Positions 1 to 9,921 of a DNA stretch of 64,000 nt are shown in pieces (position 1 is the first letter of the stretch; each line of letters opens with the position of its first letter). Where the stretch lies: positions 434,001-498,000 of the forward strand of contig CP070758.1 of the NCBI GenBank assembly GCA_020348925.1. The letters are read 5' to 3'. Origin of the DNA: Gemmatimonadota bacterium. Its GTDB lineage: Bacteria; JBHIER01; G020348925. A program made the position numbers and the translations under genes. The notes under the pieces were generated by a model that worked only from the letters and a program-made list of their open reading frames with translations, did not search any database and was not told where the DNA came from.

Positions 1-383
1 GAACGCGCAGACCTTTTTTGACCTGCGGGTAAAAGAGGTCATTTGCAAACCGAGGTTCTGATGGAATCAGGGCTTTGCGAAAAGATCATTCAACGCTTTT
101 TTACATCCTCATGGCAGCCGCCTATTGAATTCGTGTCTGGGATTTATGCCGTGTGACGAGGGGAACAGTGAATCAGCCATTAAAGAATGTGGTGACGCAT
201 TTCTCTCCGAAAGGGACAAAAAAGCATTCCTCGGCCCTCAGAAGCACTGCTCAGAGCTCCGGAGAAAAAGTGAAGTCGAAGAACAAGAGGTGGTTGCATG
301 TCTGGATCCGGTTTCGATTGGAGTGCCACGAAAGTATCGTTCTCGAGCACCGAATGGGGAGGGTCCTCTGCTAAACGTTTGAG

Positions 384-397
384 TGTACCCGTGAACA
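384..397. promoter_or_regulatory. Candidate LexA (SOS) box TGTAC-N4-GAACA upstream of dinB
   Basis: tgtacccgtgaaca, one mismatch to the TGTTC-N4-GAACA palindrome known for Verrucomicrobia LexA; ends 21 nt before the dinB ATG. Confidence 0.4.
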
Positions 398-418
398 AGA
401 TCATTTCTCTGTATTCAT

Positions 419-1609
419 ATGGTCAAGAGCCAAAGAACCATTATCCATCTCGATCTGGATGCCTTTTTTGCCTCGGTGGAACAGCTGGACAAGCCGGAAC
501 TGAGAGGCAGACCGGTGGTGGTGGGAGCTGATCCGAAAAAAGGCCGAGGTGTCGTCTCTGCTGCCTCATACGAGGCACGAGAATACGGGATTCATTCGGC
601 CATGCCAATCTCCAGAGCACATCGACTCTGCCCTCACGGCGCATTTCTTCCCGTTCGCATGCGCCGCTACAAAGAAATATCCGATAGGATCATGAAGCTT
701 TTGAAGGAGTATACACCACTTATCGAACAGGTGAGTGTCGATGAGGCCTTCCTGGATGTGACAGGGTGTGACCGACTTTACGGTTCGGCTGAGGCGATCG
801 GAAAGGAAATCAGAGCGAGAGTCCGGAAAGAAGAGGGGCTGACCATATCTGTGGGCATTGCGCCGAACAAATATCTGGCCAAAATGTCGTCGAAACTGGG
901 GAAGCCGGATGGATTTGTGATCGTCAAATCCGGGAAAGAAAAGGAATTTCTGGCGGAACGAACTGTTGAATGTCTCTGGGGCGTTGGGGACAAGACGTCA
1001 AAGAAGCTTCGCGAAATGGGGATTACGACCATTGGCCAGTTAGCCAACTACCCCCCCGAATCATTAGAGAAGAAAATGGGCAAAATCGGTCGCCGTTTAT
1101 GGGAACTGGCCCATGGAATCGATGACAGTCCTGTCGTCACCAGGGATGATGTCAAATCGATCAGCCATGAGACCACATACGGCAGGGATATCGAAAACGT
1201 CTCATCGATGAAAAATACGCTCCTCGACTTATCCGAGCGAGTCGGCCGACGAGCCCGCCGGAAGGGGATCACAGGCAAGACGATCACCTTGAAAATACGT
1301 TTTGCTGATTTCACAACGTTCACCCGGAATCGCACATTGAAACAGGCGACGAATGGAACCGATAATATCTACAAGGCCGCGCTGAGCCTTCTTCAAACCT
1401 TTGAACTGACCGGCAGGAAAGTGAGACTTTTGGGTGTTGGGATCTCGCACCTGAGCCAAGGCAGCGAAAGTCAAGAGGACCTTTTTCAGATTGACGAAAA
1501 AAAGTGGGAAAAAGTCGATGGTGTTCTTGACAAAATCGAGGAGAGGTATGGGAAGGGGACAGTGAAACGGGCGGCCCTTCTTCGGAGTGGAACGCCCAGA
1601 AAAAGTTGA
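419..1609 (+). CDS. dinB: DNA polymerase IV (Y-family)
   Basis: IIHLDLDAFFASVEQ, SAASYEAR, SVDEAFLD catalytic motifs; C-terminal little-finger domain. Confidence 0.97.
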   Translation: MVKSQRTIIHLDLDAFFASVEQLDKPELRGRPVVVGADPKKGRGVVSAASYEAREYGIHSAMPISRAHRLCPHGAFLPVRMRRYKEISDRIMKLLKEYTPLIEQVSVDEAFLDVTGCDRLYGSAEAIGKEIRARVRKEEGLTISVGIAPNKYLAKMSSKLGKPDGFVIVKSGKEKEFLAERTVECLWGVGDKTSKKLREMGITTIGQLANYPPESLEKKMGKIGRRLWELAHGIDDSPVVTRDDVKSISHETTYGRDIENVSSMKNTLLDLSERVGRRARRKGITGKTITLKIRFADFTTFTRNRTLKQATNGTDNIYKAALSLLQTFELTGRKVRLLGVGISHLSQGSESQEDLFQIDEKKWEKVDGVLDKIEERYGKGTVKRAALLRSGTPRKS

Positions 1610-1633
1610 ATGACCAGACAGGAGCGTGGTGGA

Positions 1634-1972
1634 ATGATTGATTCGTATCGTTTTGGAGAGATCGTCATTGATGGCCATCCTTACACCTCTGATGTCGTCA
1701 TCTATCCCGATCGCGTTGATTCGAGCTGGTGGCGAAAGGAGGGGCATTGTTTGAGTATCGACGATCTCAAGAATATTGTCGAGAACGAACCAGAAATTCT
1801 TGTTGTAGGCACAGGAGATGCTGGTGTAATGACTATTCCCGAGGAGACGGTGGAGTATCTTCAGCAAAAGGGGATCAACCTGATTGCCGAGAGAACCGGT
1901 CAGGCTTGGCATACCTATAACCGATTGTCAGGATCAGGAAAAGTTGTAGCCGCACTGCATCTCACCTGCTGA
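1634..1972 (+). CDS. Mth938-like (DUF498) protein
   Basis: MIDSYRFGEIVIDG...GTG...AALHLTC family signature; start moved to ATG 1634. Confidence 0.9.
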   Translation: MIDSYRFGEIVIDGHPYTSDVVIYPDRVDSSWWRKEGHCLSIDDLKNIVENEPEILVVGTGDAGVMTIPEETVEYLQQKGINLIAERTGQAWHTYNRLSGSGKVVAALHLTC

Positions 1973-1989
1973 AAGGAGTAATACCAATA

Positions 1990-2763
1990 ATGTCAGACAA
2001 ACCTTTTGATGAGCTCGTCAACATCATGAAGCGCCTGCGGGGGGAGGATGGATGTCCCTGGGACAGGGAGCAGGATCACAAGTCCATACGCCCTTACCTC
2101 GTGGAAGAGACCTACGAAGTCATTGAAGCCATTGACGAGGGGGACTTCGACAAACTGAAGGAAGAGTTGGGCGACTTGTTATTACAGATCGTCTTCCACG
2201 CACAGATGGCAGCCGAGGCCGATCGCTTTGACATGGACGGCGTCGTCTCCCACATTATCAGGAAAATCAAAACCCGGCACCCCCATGTCTTCAAATCGAC
2301 AAAAGTGAAGGACTCCAAAGAAGTTTTAAGAAACTGGGAACAGATCAAGATGAGCGAGGGGCGATCATCTGTCCTCGATGGTGTCCCCAAAGATCTTCCG
2401 GCCCTGTTGAAAGCGGCTCGTATCCAGGAAAAAGCCGCCCGTGTTGGCTTCGACTGGGATCAGATCGACGGGGTCTTCGCCAAGGTGGAGGAGGAATTGG
2501 GGGAGTTTCGCGCAGCCTACAGGGACCACGACAAAGAAAAGATCGAGGATGAGCTGGGCGATATGTTTTTTGCCCTGGTCAACCTGGCCCGGTTCCTCGA
2601 AACAAATCCCGAGGACGCCCTGCGCGGCACTATTAATAAATTCATCAAGCGATTTCAGTACATCGAGCGTCAGCTGGAAGCTCGGGGCTTGGACCCCTCG
2701 CAAGTGACTTTGGAGGAGATGGACAAAATCTGGGAGGAAGCCAAGGGGAAGAATGACGGTTGA
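1990..2763 (+). CDS. mazG: Nucleoside triphosphate pyrophosphohydrolase MazG
   Basis: GCPWDREQ, EETYEV, EELGDLLLQ, second domain DELGD. Confidence 0.97.
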   Translation: MSDKPFDELVNIMKRLRGEDGCPWDREQDHKSIRPYLVEETYEVIEAIDEGDFDKLKEELGDLLLQIVFHAQMAAEADRFDMDGVVSHIIRKIKTRHPHVFKSTKVKDSKEVLRNWEQIKMSEGRSSVLDGVPKDLPALLKAARIQEKAARVGFDWDQIDGVFAKVEEELGEFRAAYRDHDKEKIEDELGDMFFALVNLARFLETNPEDALRGTINKFIKRFQYIERQLEARGLDPSQVTLEEMDKIWEEAKGKNDG

Positions 2764-2793
2764 AGAATTCAAATTGTAAATTGAAAAGGTAAT

Positions 2794-3669
2794 ATGTCAG
2801 AGAGAGGCAATTTCGTTAAGATCGCCCGCATTACTCCCCATTTCGGGGAGGAGCCCGTTCTGACAGGGACGAAAGGAGTCGGGGCAATATTCCTGAGTGG
2901 CTGCAACCTCCGCTGCGTCTTCTGCCAGAACTGGCAGATCAGTCACCGGCGTATGGGCGAAACTTTGAATACTCCTGCACAACTTGCCGGGGAGATGTTG
3001 AAGCTTCAGGAGTTGGGCTGCCACATCATTGACCTCGTATCTCCATCCCATCAAGTGAAATCATTACGAATTTCCATCCGATTGGCCAAAGAACAAGGCT
3101 TGACAATCCCCGTCGTTTATAATACGAACAGTCTGGACAATCTTGACGCGTTACGCAGCCTGGAAGGTCTGATTGATATCTATCTCCCGGATCTCAAGTA
3201 CTCGAATGACCGTATTGCCAAAGATCTTTCGAAGGCGCATTCTTACGTCTCAAAATCTAGGGCATCTGTTTTGGAGATGCATCGGCAAGTGGGCCATCTC
3301 TTTCCAAATGACGAAGATGCTCTAGCCCAGCGCGGCCTCATCATTCGGATTTTAGTCCTCCCTCATAATCTCTCCGGTTGCATTGAAAGCCTGCAATTCA
3401 TCGCCCAGGAGATCGGTCCCGAAACCTGGATCTCCCTCATGGCCCAGTACAATCCGAGACCGCTTTTCGACTCAAGCAATGAAGCAATCCTCAAAACGTA
3501 TCCCGCCCTTGGCCGTCCGATCACCGAGACAGAATACGAGAACGTACTGGAAGAAGCCCAGAACCTTGGGTTCGAAAATATTTTCATCCAGGAGTGTACG
3601 GCTGCTGTCGAATACGGCTCTCCTGATTTTGAGCACGAACAACCTTTTGTGTGGGATCAAAAGGTATAA
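2794..3669 (+). CDS. Radical SAM protein, PflX-like
   Basis: HFGEEP, CNLRCVFC (CxxxCxxC) QNWQIS, IDIYLPDLKY, ISLMAQY. Confidence 0.9.
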   Translation: MSERGNFVKIARITPHFGEEPVLTGTKGVGAIFLSGCNLRCVFCQNWQISHRRMGETLNTPAQLAGEMLKLQELGCHIIDLVSPSHQVKSLRISIRLAKEQGLTIPVVYNTNSLDNLDALRSLEGLIDIYLPDLKYSNDRIAKDLSKAHSYVSKSRASVLEMHRQVGHLFPNDEDALAQRGLIIRILVLPHNLSGCIESLQFIAQEIGPETWISLMAQYNPRPLFDSSNEAILKTYPALGRPITETEYENVLEEAQNLGFENIFIQECTAAVEYGSPDFEHEQPFVWDQKV

Positions 3670-3705
3670 CTGCAGCTTATTATTATTTCGCACGAGATGA
3701 GTGAG

Positions 3706-3740
3706 TTCTCCCCTTTCGGAAAGGGGAGTAAGAGGGGATT
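3706..3740. repeat. REP-like palindromic repeat, family A copy 1
   Basis: Arms ctcccctttc/gaaaggggag plus aggggatt tail; reverse complement resembles 13590-13625. Confidence 0.6.
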
Positions 3741-3892
3741 GTTAGAATAGATTTCCACAAAAGGACTTTGAGAACCAGGTAAACCATTATCATTTATTGT
3801 ATTTATTTTAGTATACAGATTCTGTATTTTTTTCGCTCATATTTGAAAATGCGTGTATTCGAAACAGGTACCTTTTTCAAAAGGAGAGAGCG

Positions 3893-4453
3893 ATGCGACT
3901 TTCAACGGTCATATTTGTAGCGGCCGTTCTCCTCGTTTCGGGGATTGTGTACAGCGCCCCGAAGCCGTCTGAGGATTTCGCCATCAGTATAAAGAAGACA
4001 GCACCGTGGCACGTGGCCTATCAAAAGTTCACCGGCCCGTACTCGGGAGTTCCGAAAGCAATAGGCCAGGTAGACTCCTGGGTCCGGAAATATAATTTGG
4101 TACTTTTGGGTCCTGTACTGTCGGAGTATTACAACAGTCCAATGGAGGTGGACTCCACGAAACTGGAATGGGCTATTATGTTTCCTATTTTGGAGCCGTT
4201 GACAGGATTCCCGAAGGAGACTGAGGGAGAAGTGTCCATCAAAAGGTTGGATCCGGTTCAAGTGGCTTATACCTATCATCAGGGGCCATATCAAGAGGTG
4301 GGAGGGACGTACATGAAGCTTTTTCAGTGGGTCTTCCAGAATGGATACCAGGTCGCCGGGCCCATGCGGGAGCTTTACTGGAGTGATCCGCAAAATACGC
4401 CGGAGGATAAACTCATCTCAGAACTTCAAGTACCGGTGACGAAGGGTCAATAA
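3893..4453 (+). CDS. GyrI-like small-molecule-binding protein with signal peptide
   Basis: Hydrophobic N-terminus; duplicated VAY..F/H.GPY motif; GPMRELYWSDP...SELQVPV. Confidence 0.85.
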   Translation: MRLSTVIFVAAVLLVSGIVYSAPKPSEDFAISIKKTAPWHVAYQKFTGPYSGVPKAIGQVDSWVRKYNLVLLGPVLSEYYNSPMEVDSTKLEWAIMFPILEPLTGFPKETEGEVSIKRLDPVQVAYTYHQGPYQEVGGTYMKLFQWVFQNGYQVAGPMRELYWSDPQNTPEDKLISELQVPVTKGQ

Positions 4454-4479
4454 TCTCATTCAAAAAAGCAGATCTTTTG

Positions 4480-4511
4480 GAGCGCCCCGTTCCACACGGG
4501 GCGTTTTTTTT
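4480..4511 (+). terminator. Rho-independent terminator
   Basis: gcgccccgt-tccac-acggggcgt followed by a T-run. Confidence 0.85.
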
Positions 4512-4536
4512 CGTCCGGTATAAAACCGGATGCTAC
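4512..4536 (-). repeat. GTAG-type REP-like palindrome
   Basis: Minus strand reads GTAG-catccggttttataccggacg; the 17-nt core recurs exactly at 35509-35525. Confidence 0.55.
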
Positions 4537-4550
4537 ATTTCAGTTGGTTC

Positions 4551-4583
4551 AGATTTCCGAAGTTTTCAAAACTTCGGAAATCT
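4551..4583. repeat. Perfect 16-bp inverted repeat (REP-like or terminator) between convergent genes
   Basis: agatttccgaagtttt-c-aaaacttcggaaatct followed by a T-run. Confidence 0.8.
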
Positions 4584-4609
4584 TTTTTTGTTGTCACAAG
4601 CCTCTTTAT

Positions 4610-5455
4610 CTATCTCTTCCCTACCAACCTCCGAATCGTCTTCATGTTACGTTCGTCGTCACCCTCCTCCTTTTTCGGTGTCTCCATGATTCCGGGAAGA
4701 TGCTTCAGCTTGGGATGGTTGACGATACGCCGAAATCCCTCCAGGCCGATCTCGCCCTGACCGATGTGCCAGTGACGGTCCACACGGGAACCTAAAGGCG
4801 TCTTGGAATCGTTCAAGTGGAGAACGCGGAGGCGCTCCAGACCGATCCTCTCGTCAAACTCCTTCAGCATCTTACTCAAACCGACCTTAGTAGACACATT
4901 GTAACCGGCCTCAAATCCATGGGACGTGTCAAAACAGACGCCCACTCGCTCCGGCTCATCGACATTACCAATGATCTCCTGAATGTGATGAAAAGTATAC
5001 CCGATCTCAGAACCCTGACCAGCCGTATTCTCCAGAAGAACAAGGACGCTGTTCCTCACCTTTTTGCAAGCCGTATTCAGAGCTTTCACGACACTTTGAA
5101 CACCCTCCTCTTCTGTGGAGTCCATTCGTTTACCCACATGGGTTACTAAATATTGAGCTCCAAGTTCACGGCACCGTTTCAGATCATCGATGAGCGAATC
5201 GACAGATTTCTTGAAATGCTCCCCTTTCGAATGGGCCAGATTGGGCAGATACGGCATGTGCACAACTACGGGCCCGATCCCGGCAGCTTCGACATCCCTC
5301 CGAAACTGGGCGACATCATCCACGTCCAGAGGGCCGTACTTCCAGCCCCTCGGATTGCGGGAGAAAAGCTGAATCGATTCACAGCCAAGCGCAGTGGCTC
5401 GCTCCACGACCTTTGAAAAACCGCCGGCAATGGATATGTGAAAACCGAATCGCAT
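4610..5455 (-). CDS. nfo: Endonuclease IV (AP endonuclease)
   Basis: GFHISIAGG, HMPYLPNL, LLENTAGQG, CFDTSH, HLNDSK, DRHWHIG, METP. Confidence 0.97.
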   Translation of the reverse strand: MRFGFHISIAGGFSKVVERATALGCESIQLFSRNPRGWKYGPLDVDDVAQFRRDVEAAGIGPVVVHMPYLPNLAHSKGEHFKKSVDSLIDDLKRCRELGAQYLVTHVGKRMDSTEEEGVQSVVKALNTACKKVRNSVLVLLENTAGQGSEIGYTFHHIQEIIGNVDEPERVGVCFDTSHGFEAGYNVSTKVGLSKMLKEFDERIGLERLRVLHLNDSKTPLGSRVDRHWHIGQGEIGLEGFRRIVNHPKLKHLPGIMETPKKEEGDDERNMKTIRRLVGKR

Positions 5456-5502
5456 GGTTTATTTCGACCTTTAGTCGTCACCCGAAATGACAGACAATAG
5501 TT

Positions 5503-5994
5503 TTAACGGTTCGCTTCCATTCTGGCCTTCACTATTTGGATAAATTGGGCCGGATCATCAGGAGAAATGACGAATGTTTTATCCGCCTCGATAACGATGG
5601 CCTTGTCACGATCGGTGGCATATCTGATATGATGACCCAGATCATGGGTGTAAAACCGTCCGAAATACCCGAAGAGTCCGGAAACTCCGAAAGTCCTGAC
5701 GCCCCATAAAGAACAGGCAGCCGGGTCATAGCGAAGGGACTCGATACGCTTTATTGGGATCTTAACGGAACCTATCTTGCGACGAATGAGTACCTCCGAC
5801 TCATCTATGGCATAGCCATGGGGTGCGAAAAGATAGCTCGTCACCAAAACGAGAAGTCCTATCACTGTAGTTGCCCCGAGCCCTCTATTGTTTCCCGTCG
5901 ATGCGAAGATCAGGATCAATACGACGAAAGTAATAATTATCAAAACTGTGACCGTTTGAACAAAACGATCTTGCGGTGCGTCAAATTCATCCAT
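5503..5994 (-). CDS. Membrane protein with bacterial PH domain
   Basis: Two TM helices then RTFGVSGLFGYFGRF and VISPDDP motifs. Confidence 0.75.
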   Translation of the reverse strand: MDEFDAPQDRFVQTVTVLIIITFVVLILIFASTGNNRGLGATTVIGLLVLVTSYLFAPHGYAIDESEVLIRRKIGSVKIPIKRIESLRYDPAACSLWGVRTFGVSGLFGYFGRFYTHDLGHHIRYATDRDKAIVIEADKTFVISPDDPAQFIQIVKARMEANR

Positions 5995-6025
5995 TCTCTG
6001 TTTACATCACTCTTTTTTTATATGA

Positions 6026-8968
6026 TTAAAAGCTCTCGGAGAAGGAGATGAGCCACCGTAATTCCAGTTCGCTGTCCTCACCATTCAAGGAGGGTTTATT
6101 GACATAGAGTGGAAAATCGGCCCTCAGGTTTATCTCCCCAAAAACAGTATCTCGTTTCAACCTCAAACCTATTCCAGCATCATAGAGAATGTCAGCATCC
6201 AAAAGGGACGACATATCTTCATCGCCGATTTTTCCAAGGTCAAGAAACGCAATCGTGCGAAGTGAAATGCTGGTATATTGCTCTATATATTCCGTCCAAC
6301 CTGGCAACGTGTACGGGGAGTGATATTCAAGATTCACAGCGAACAGTTTCCGCAGCCCGATGTTACCCTCAAGGTAACCCCTCAGGTTACCATCACCGCC
6401 GAGATGGTAGTTCAGGTCGTCCGGCAAGGCATCTCTGCTTCGAAGATGGAACTCCCGAAAACGACGGATGGGACCTGCCCCTGCCAGGGAAAATCTTTCC
6501 TGCACAGGAACACCGGAAGAGGCGAATCCACCAAAAATTCTCAGCCTGAAATTATGACGGCGGAAACGGGTTTTCAGATTACAATCGCACCGGATCGTAT
6601 TGAACTCGTGGTCGCTTCCCAGCATCTTCAGCGCCGTTGCGCCTTGAATCTTCAAATCGCTCCAAAAAATGTCGGCCCTGGGATTTGTTGATACTCCAAT
6701 TGTGATTTTATCGACCCGCCCTTTCCCCCACTCCATTGGATCAACGTAGCGGTCGTCCCGCAGTTCCAGATGAGTAAAGGCCGTTCCGATAATGATATCA
6801 GGGGGATAGTAGCGGTAGCGCCGGACGTTCTTCTCGACATACGCTTCCACCTCCACCCTTCCCTCCATTTTATTGATCCTCAAGCCACCCATAGTACGAG
6901 AACCAAGGCCCACAACAGGCGTGCTCCCCTCAAACCTGAAGTCGTTCCTGGCGCTCTTCGCGCCGTACCAGTAGCCGAGGGAGAATTTCGAGTAGTTCTC
7001 GGCATAACTGCCTTTGAGCAACCACCCCACTTTGACACCGTCAACGGTGTTGTACCACACCCACGGCCGGTATTTGAAGAGATAAGCGTCCTGGGGATAG
7101 TAGGACATATTGGGCAGATCCGGTTGTATATGGGTTTTCCACGGTCTGTGGTTATTGATCATGTTGAGGTCCAGTATCTCATTGTCAGGATTTATGGAAG
7201 CTGATGTCGGCTGAACATCCGTCTGAAAACTCACTGTCTCCTCGATGTTTCTCCCTTCCAATCGCTTCACCCTCTCAGTTCCATCGGTCAACCGTAGGTA
7301 GACGTCGATGGGCATGACGATATCTCCCAGCCTGCGAGTGGTCACAGTCGTCCAGTAAATCTTCACGGCTCGCTCCCACGTCCAATAGGTCTCTACCTCG
7401 GTGATAGCGTAATCGCAGGTTTTTGTGGTGTGAAGCCACTGGTCGAAGAACCACTCGAGATCCATGCCGCTGACCCGCTCGCAGACCGCCCTGAACCGTT
7501 CCTCGGTCACATGCTTGAACTTCCAATCCTCCAGATACGTGCGCATAATCTTGTTGAAGACAGGCTCACCGACAATGTATCTCAGCATCTCCAGGAAGAA
7601 GGCCGCTTTGTCGTAGACCATCGACCAGCCCGAATGCTTGAATTCATAGGACGGCAGGACTACTGTTTCCCAGTATCCTTCCCTTGCCAGATTGAGGAGA
7701 TGGCGCAAATTTTGTTCCCTCGCCGTCATTTTGGACAACAGGTTTTCGTACCAGTTGCGATCGGAGGTTTTGCCATACGACCCGTATTTCATCTCCATAT
7801 ACCATCGTTCCTGAAAGACAGTGAATCCCTCATCCATCCAGGCCTCGTCCAGCTCATTGTTGGCCAAAATGCCGTAGAAATAGATGTGACCCATCTCATG
7901 GAGCACAAGGCCCTCATCCAAATAGCCATTCATGATCAGCATAGGGTACTCCATCCCCCAGCCGTAGGGCACATCAACGATGCTCACTTGGGGATATGGG
8001 AAAGGTCCGAATTTCTCCGAGAGCCACTGAACGGCCGACAGTCCGTACGCAAGGTTGGTATCCTCCCAGGCCGTATTCCATCTTCGATAAAAGCTCCGAA
8101 CGGAAATCCCATTCCATGTGGTGTCCTGGACCACAAAATCCGGATCGGCACACCAGGCGAAGTCATGGACATTCTCTGCGCGGAATGTAACAGTTTTATA
8201 GACTATTTCACCTTTTTCGTATTCTACGACACTGTCTGCGAGAGTATCCGTAGTCGCCTCAGCCTTTGCTAAATTCTTCTCCTGTCCCCAACCAGGATCC
8301 CCACCCGTACACTCTCCGGTTGCAGCGATAACATATTTTTCAGGTATCGTGATGGAAACGTCGAAGGTCCCAAACTCACCGTAAAACTCCCCCATGGCGT
8401 GAAATTTTTCCGGATGCCAGCCCTCCTCATCGTACACGACCATTTTCGGATACCACTGGGCGAAATCGTAATGTTGACGTCTGTATCCGGCCCGTCCGAA
8501 CTTTTCTCTCACCTTCTCCACAAACGAAAAGTGGATTGTCATGCTGCCATCGGGTGGTAACGATTGGGGTAGTTTGGCCAAAAGGACGGTCTCATCAACT
8601 GTGAACGGAACGGATCGATCGTCGATCCTGAAATCCGCGATGTCGATGTGCCCGCGATTTTCCTCGGGGAATTTACGTAAGTTGAAATTATTAAACCTGC
8701 GGCGTTCCTCCATGAAGGTGGTCTTTTCGCTTCTGAATGCATTGGGGTAAAGGTGAAGGTATATGCTTTTCAGGGTGTCAGGTGAGTTGTTGCGGTATAT
8801 AATAGTTTCATCACCCGTGAGAATGTGGGTTTCTGGGATTAGGGTCACATCGATAGCATAATCGACGGACTGTTGCCAGTATGAATTTGGAGCGCCTGCA
8901 TGGGTTATTAATGCAGAAGAAAAAAATATCAAAATGATGAGTGACCGTTTAACCATATGTTTTTTCAA
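6026..8968 (-). CDS. M1-family aminopeptidase with C-terminal outer-membrane beta-barrel-like region
   Basis: Signal peptide, YWQQ, LYPNAF, QWYPK, GMEYP, HEMGH-x18-E; C-terminal amphipathic strands, LRGY motif, DAGIGLRL, terminal Phe. Confidence 0.85.
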   Translation of the reverse strand: MKKHMVKRSLIILIFFSSALITHAGAPNSYWQQSVDYAIDVTLIPETHILTGDETIIYRNNSPDTLKSIYLHLYPNAFRSEKTTFMEERRRFNNFNLRKFPEENRGHIDIADFRIDDRSVPFTVDETVLLAKLPQSLPPDGSMTIHFSFVEKVREKFGRAGYRRQHYDFAQWYPKMVVYDEEGWHPEKFHAMGEFYGEFGTFDVSITIPEKYVIAATGECTGGDPGWGQEKNLAKAEATTDTLADSVVEYEKGEIVYKTVTFRAENVHDFAWCADPDFVVQDTTWNGISVRSFYRRWNTAWEDTNLAYGLSAVQWLSEKFGPFPYPQVSIVDVPYGWGMEYPMLIMNGYLDEGLVLHEMGHIYFYGILANNELDEAWMDEGFTVFQERWYMEMKYGSYGKTSDRNWYENLLSKMTAREQNLRHLLNLAREGYWETVVLPSYEFKHSGWSMVYDKAAFFLEMLRYIVGEPVFNKIMRTYLEDWKFKHVTEERFRAVCERVSGMDLEWFFDQWLHTTKTCDYAITEVETYWTWERAVKIYWTTVTTRRLGDIVMPIDVYLRLTDGTERVKRLEGRNIEETVSFQTDVQPTSASINPDNEILDLNMINNHRPWKTHIQPDLPNMSYYPQDAYLFKYRPWVWYNTVDGVKVGWLLKGSYAENYSKFSLGYWYGAKSARNDFRFEGSTPVVGLGSRTMGGLRINKMEGRVEVEAYVEKNVRRYRYYPPDIIIGTAFTHLELRDDRYVDPMEWGKGRVDKITIGVSTNPRADIFWSDLKIQGATALKMLGSDHEFNTIRCDCNLKTRFRRHNFRLRIFGGFASSGVPVQERFSLAGAGPIRRFREFHLRSRDALPDDLNYHLGGDGNLRGYLEGNIGLRKLFAVNLEYHSPYTLPGWTEYIEQYTSISLRTIAFLDLGKIGDEDMSSLLDADILYDAGIGLRLKRDTVFGEINLRADFPLYVNKPSLNGEDSELELRWLISFSESF

Positions 8969-9855
8969 CGAATTGCTCGATTATTGAAGTAGAGGCTGGT
9001 ATGCGAAGCGTTTCCGACCAATCTGTACCAGGATCTGGTCAGGCTCAATGCTTGCTGAAGAATGAAAAGGGCTATTATTGTCATAGTGGTCGGCAACAGA
9101 CCACACCCCATTTGTAAAACCCAGAATATTCCCCAAAAGAAAAGTAAGCCGATGAGAAGCCCTCCGTAGAGGGCAAGCGCCTTTCCAAAGTTCTTGGAAA
9201 AAAATTCCACTGTTTCGCCCAACGTGTCGAGAACTTGACTTTCTTCATCTGACACGGTTGTTATCTTGACATACGTCATTATCATATTGATAAACAAGAG
9301 CAACAGAAGAAGCGTTATCAATTGGCCCAGCGCTACGAAAATCCTGACAGGCTCGGAGGTAAAATCACTCAGGATCAGTCGCATTCCCAAGGTTGACAAG
9401 ATAATAAACAGAAAAGTAATGACAACATAAAATATAGCTGAAATCAGGGCGATTTTCATAAATTTCCAGAAGTATCGACCGCACCATCCGAAAAAGCGTT
9501 CGGCAGAAAGTGTCTCATATTCACCATGCTGTGCGACTGCAAGGGCCCGAAAAAAGCCCCCGCTGAGAAAAGTGTGGAGTGTCAGAGCAAAAATAACGCC
9601 GACAACAATGAAATAACCGTATTGTTTCAAGACATTAAGATTATTAAATATGAAATCGATCAGAGGCGTCAGGTTCCACTCTTTCAACAAGAGCTCGGCC
9701 GCCGGGCGGTAACCGAACGCTTCCGATGCGAGATTCTGCAACGGTATGACGAACAGAAAAGCCAATGCAAATTTAAACGCAAAGGTGACGACTATCAACG
9801 GCCAGCTCTTTTGGACTATTTTCACCCCTGTTAATATGTGTTTAAATGTCGACAT
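8965..9855 (-). CDS. Multi-pass membrane protein (about 6 TM)
   Basis: Long hydrophobic stretches; lies between two M1 genes and overlaps the downstream start. Confidence 0.8.
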   Translation of the reverse strand: MSTFKHILTGVKIVQKSWPLIVVTFAFKFALAFLFVIPLQNLASEAFGYRPAAELLLKEWNLTPLIDFIFNNLNVLKQYGYFIVVGVIFALTLHTFLSGGFFRALAVAQHGEYETLSAERFFGWCGRYFWKFMKIALISAIFYVVITFLFIILSTLGMRLILSDFTSEPVRIFVALGQLITLLLLLLFINMIMTYVKITTVSDEESQVLDTLGETVEFFSKNFGKALALYGGLLIGLLFFWGIFWVLQMGCGLLPTTMTIIALFILQQALSLTRSWYRLVGNASHTSLYFNNRAIR

Positions 9856-9865
9856 TGATCCTCAC

Positions 9866-9921
9866 GTTACGTCGGTCGGTTATGGTGACGAAACACGCTT
9901 CGTTTAGATGTTAGGGTTACG
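9866..9921. repeat. Dispersed short repeat, family C copy 1
   Basis: gttacgtcggtcggttatggtgacga matches 63068-63093 at 24/26. Confidence 0.65.

Noticed and set aside
125-404. Short ORFs upstream of dinB
   Set aside because: Overlapping in several frames with no recognisable motif or RBS
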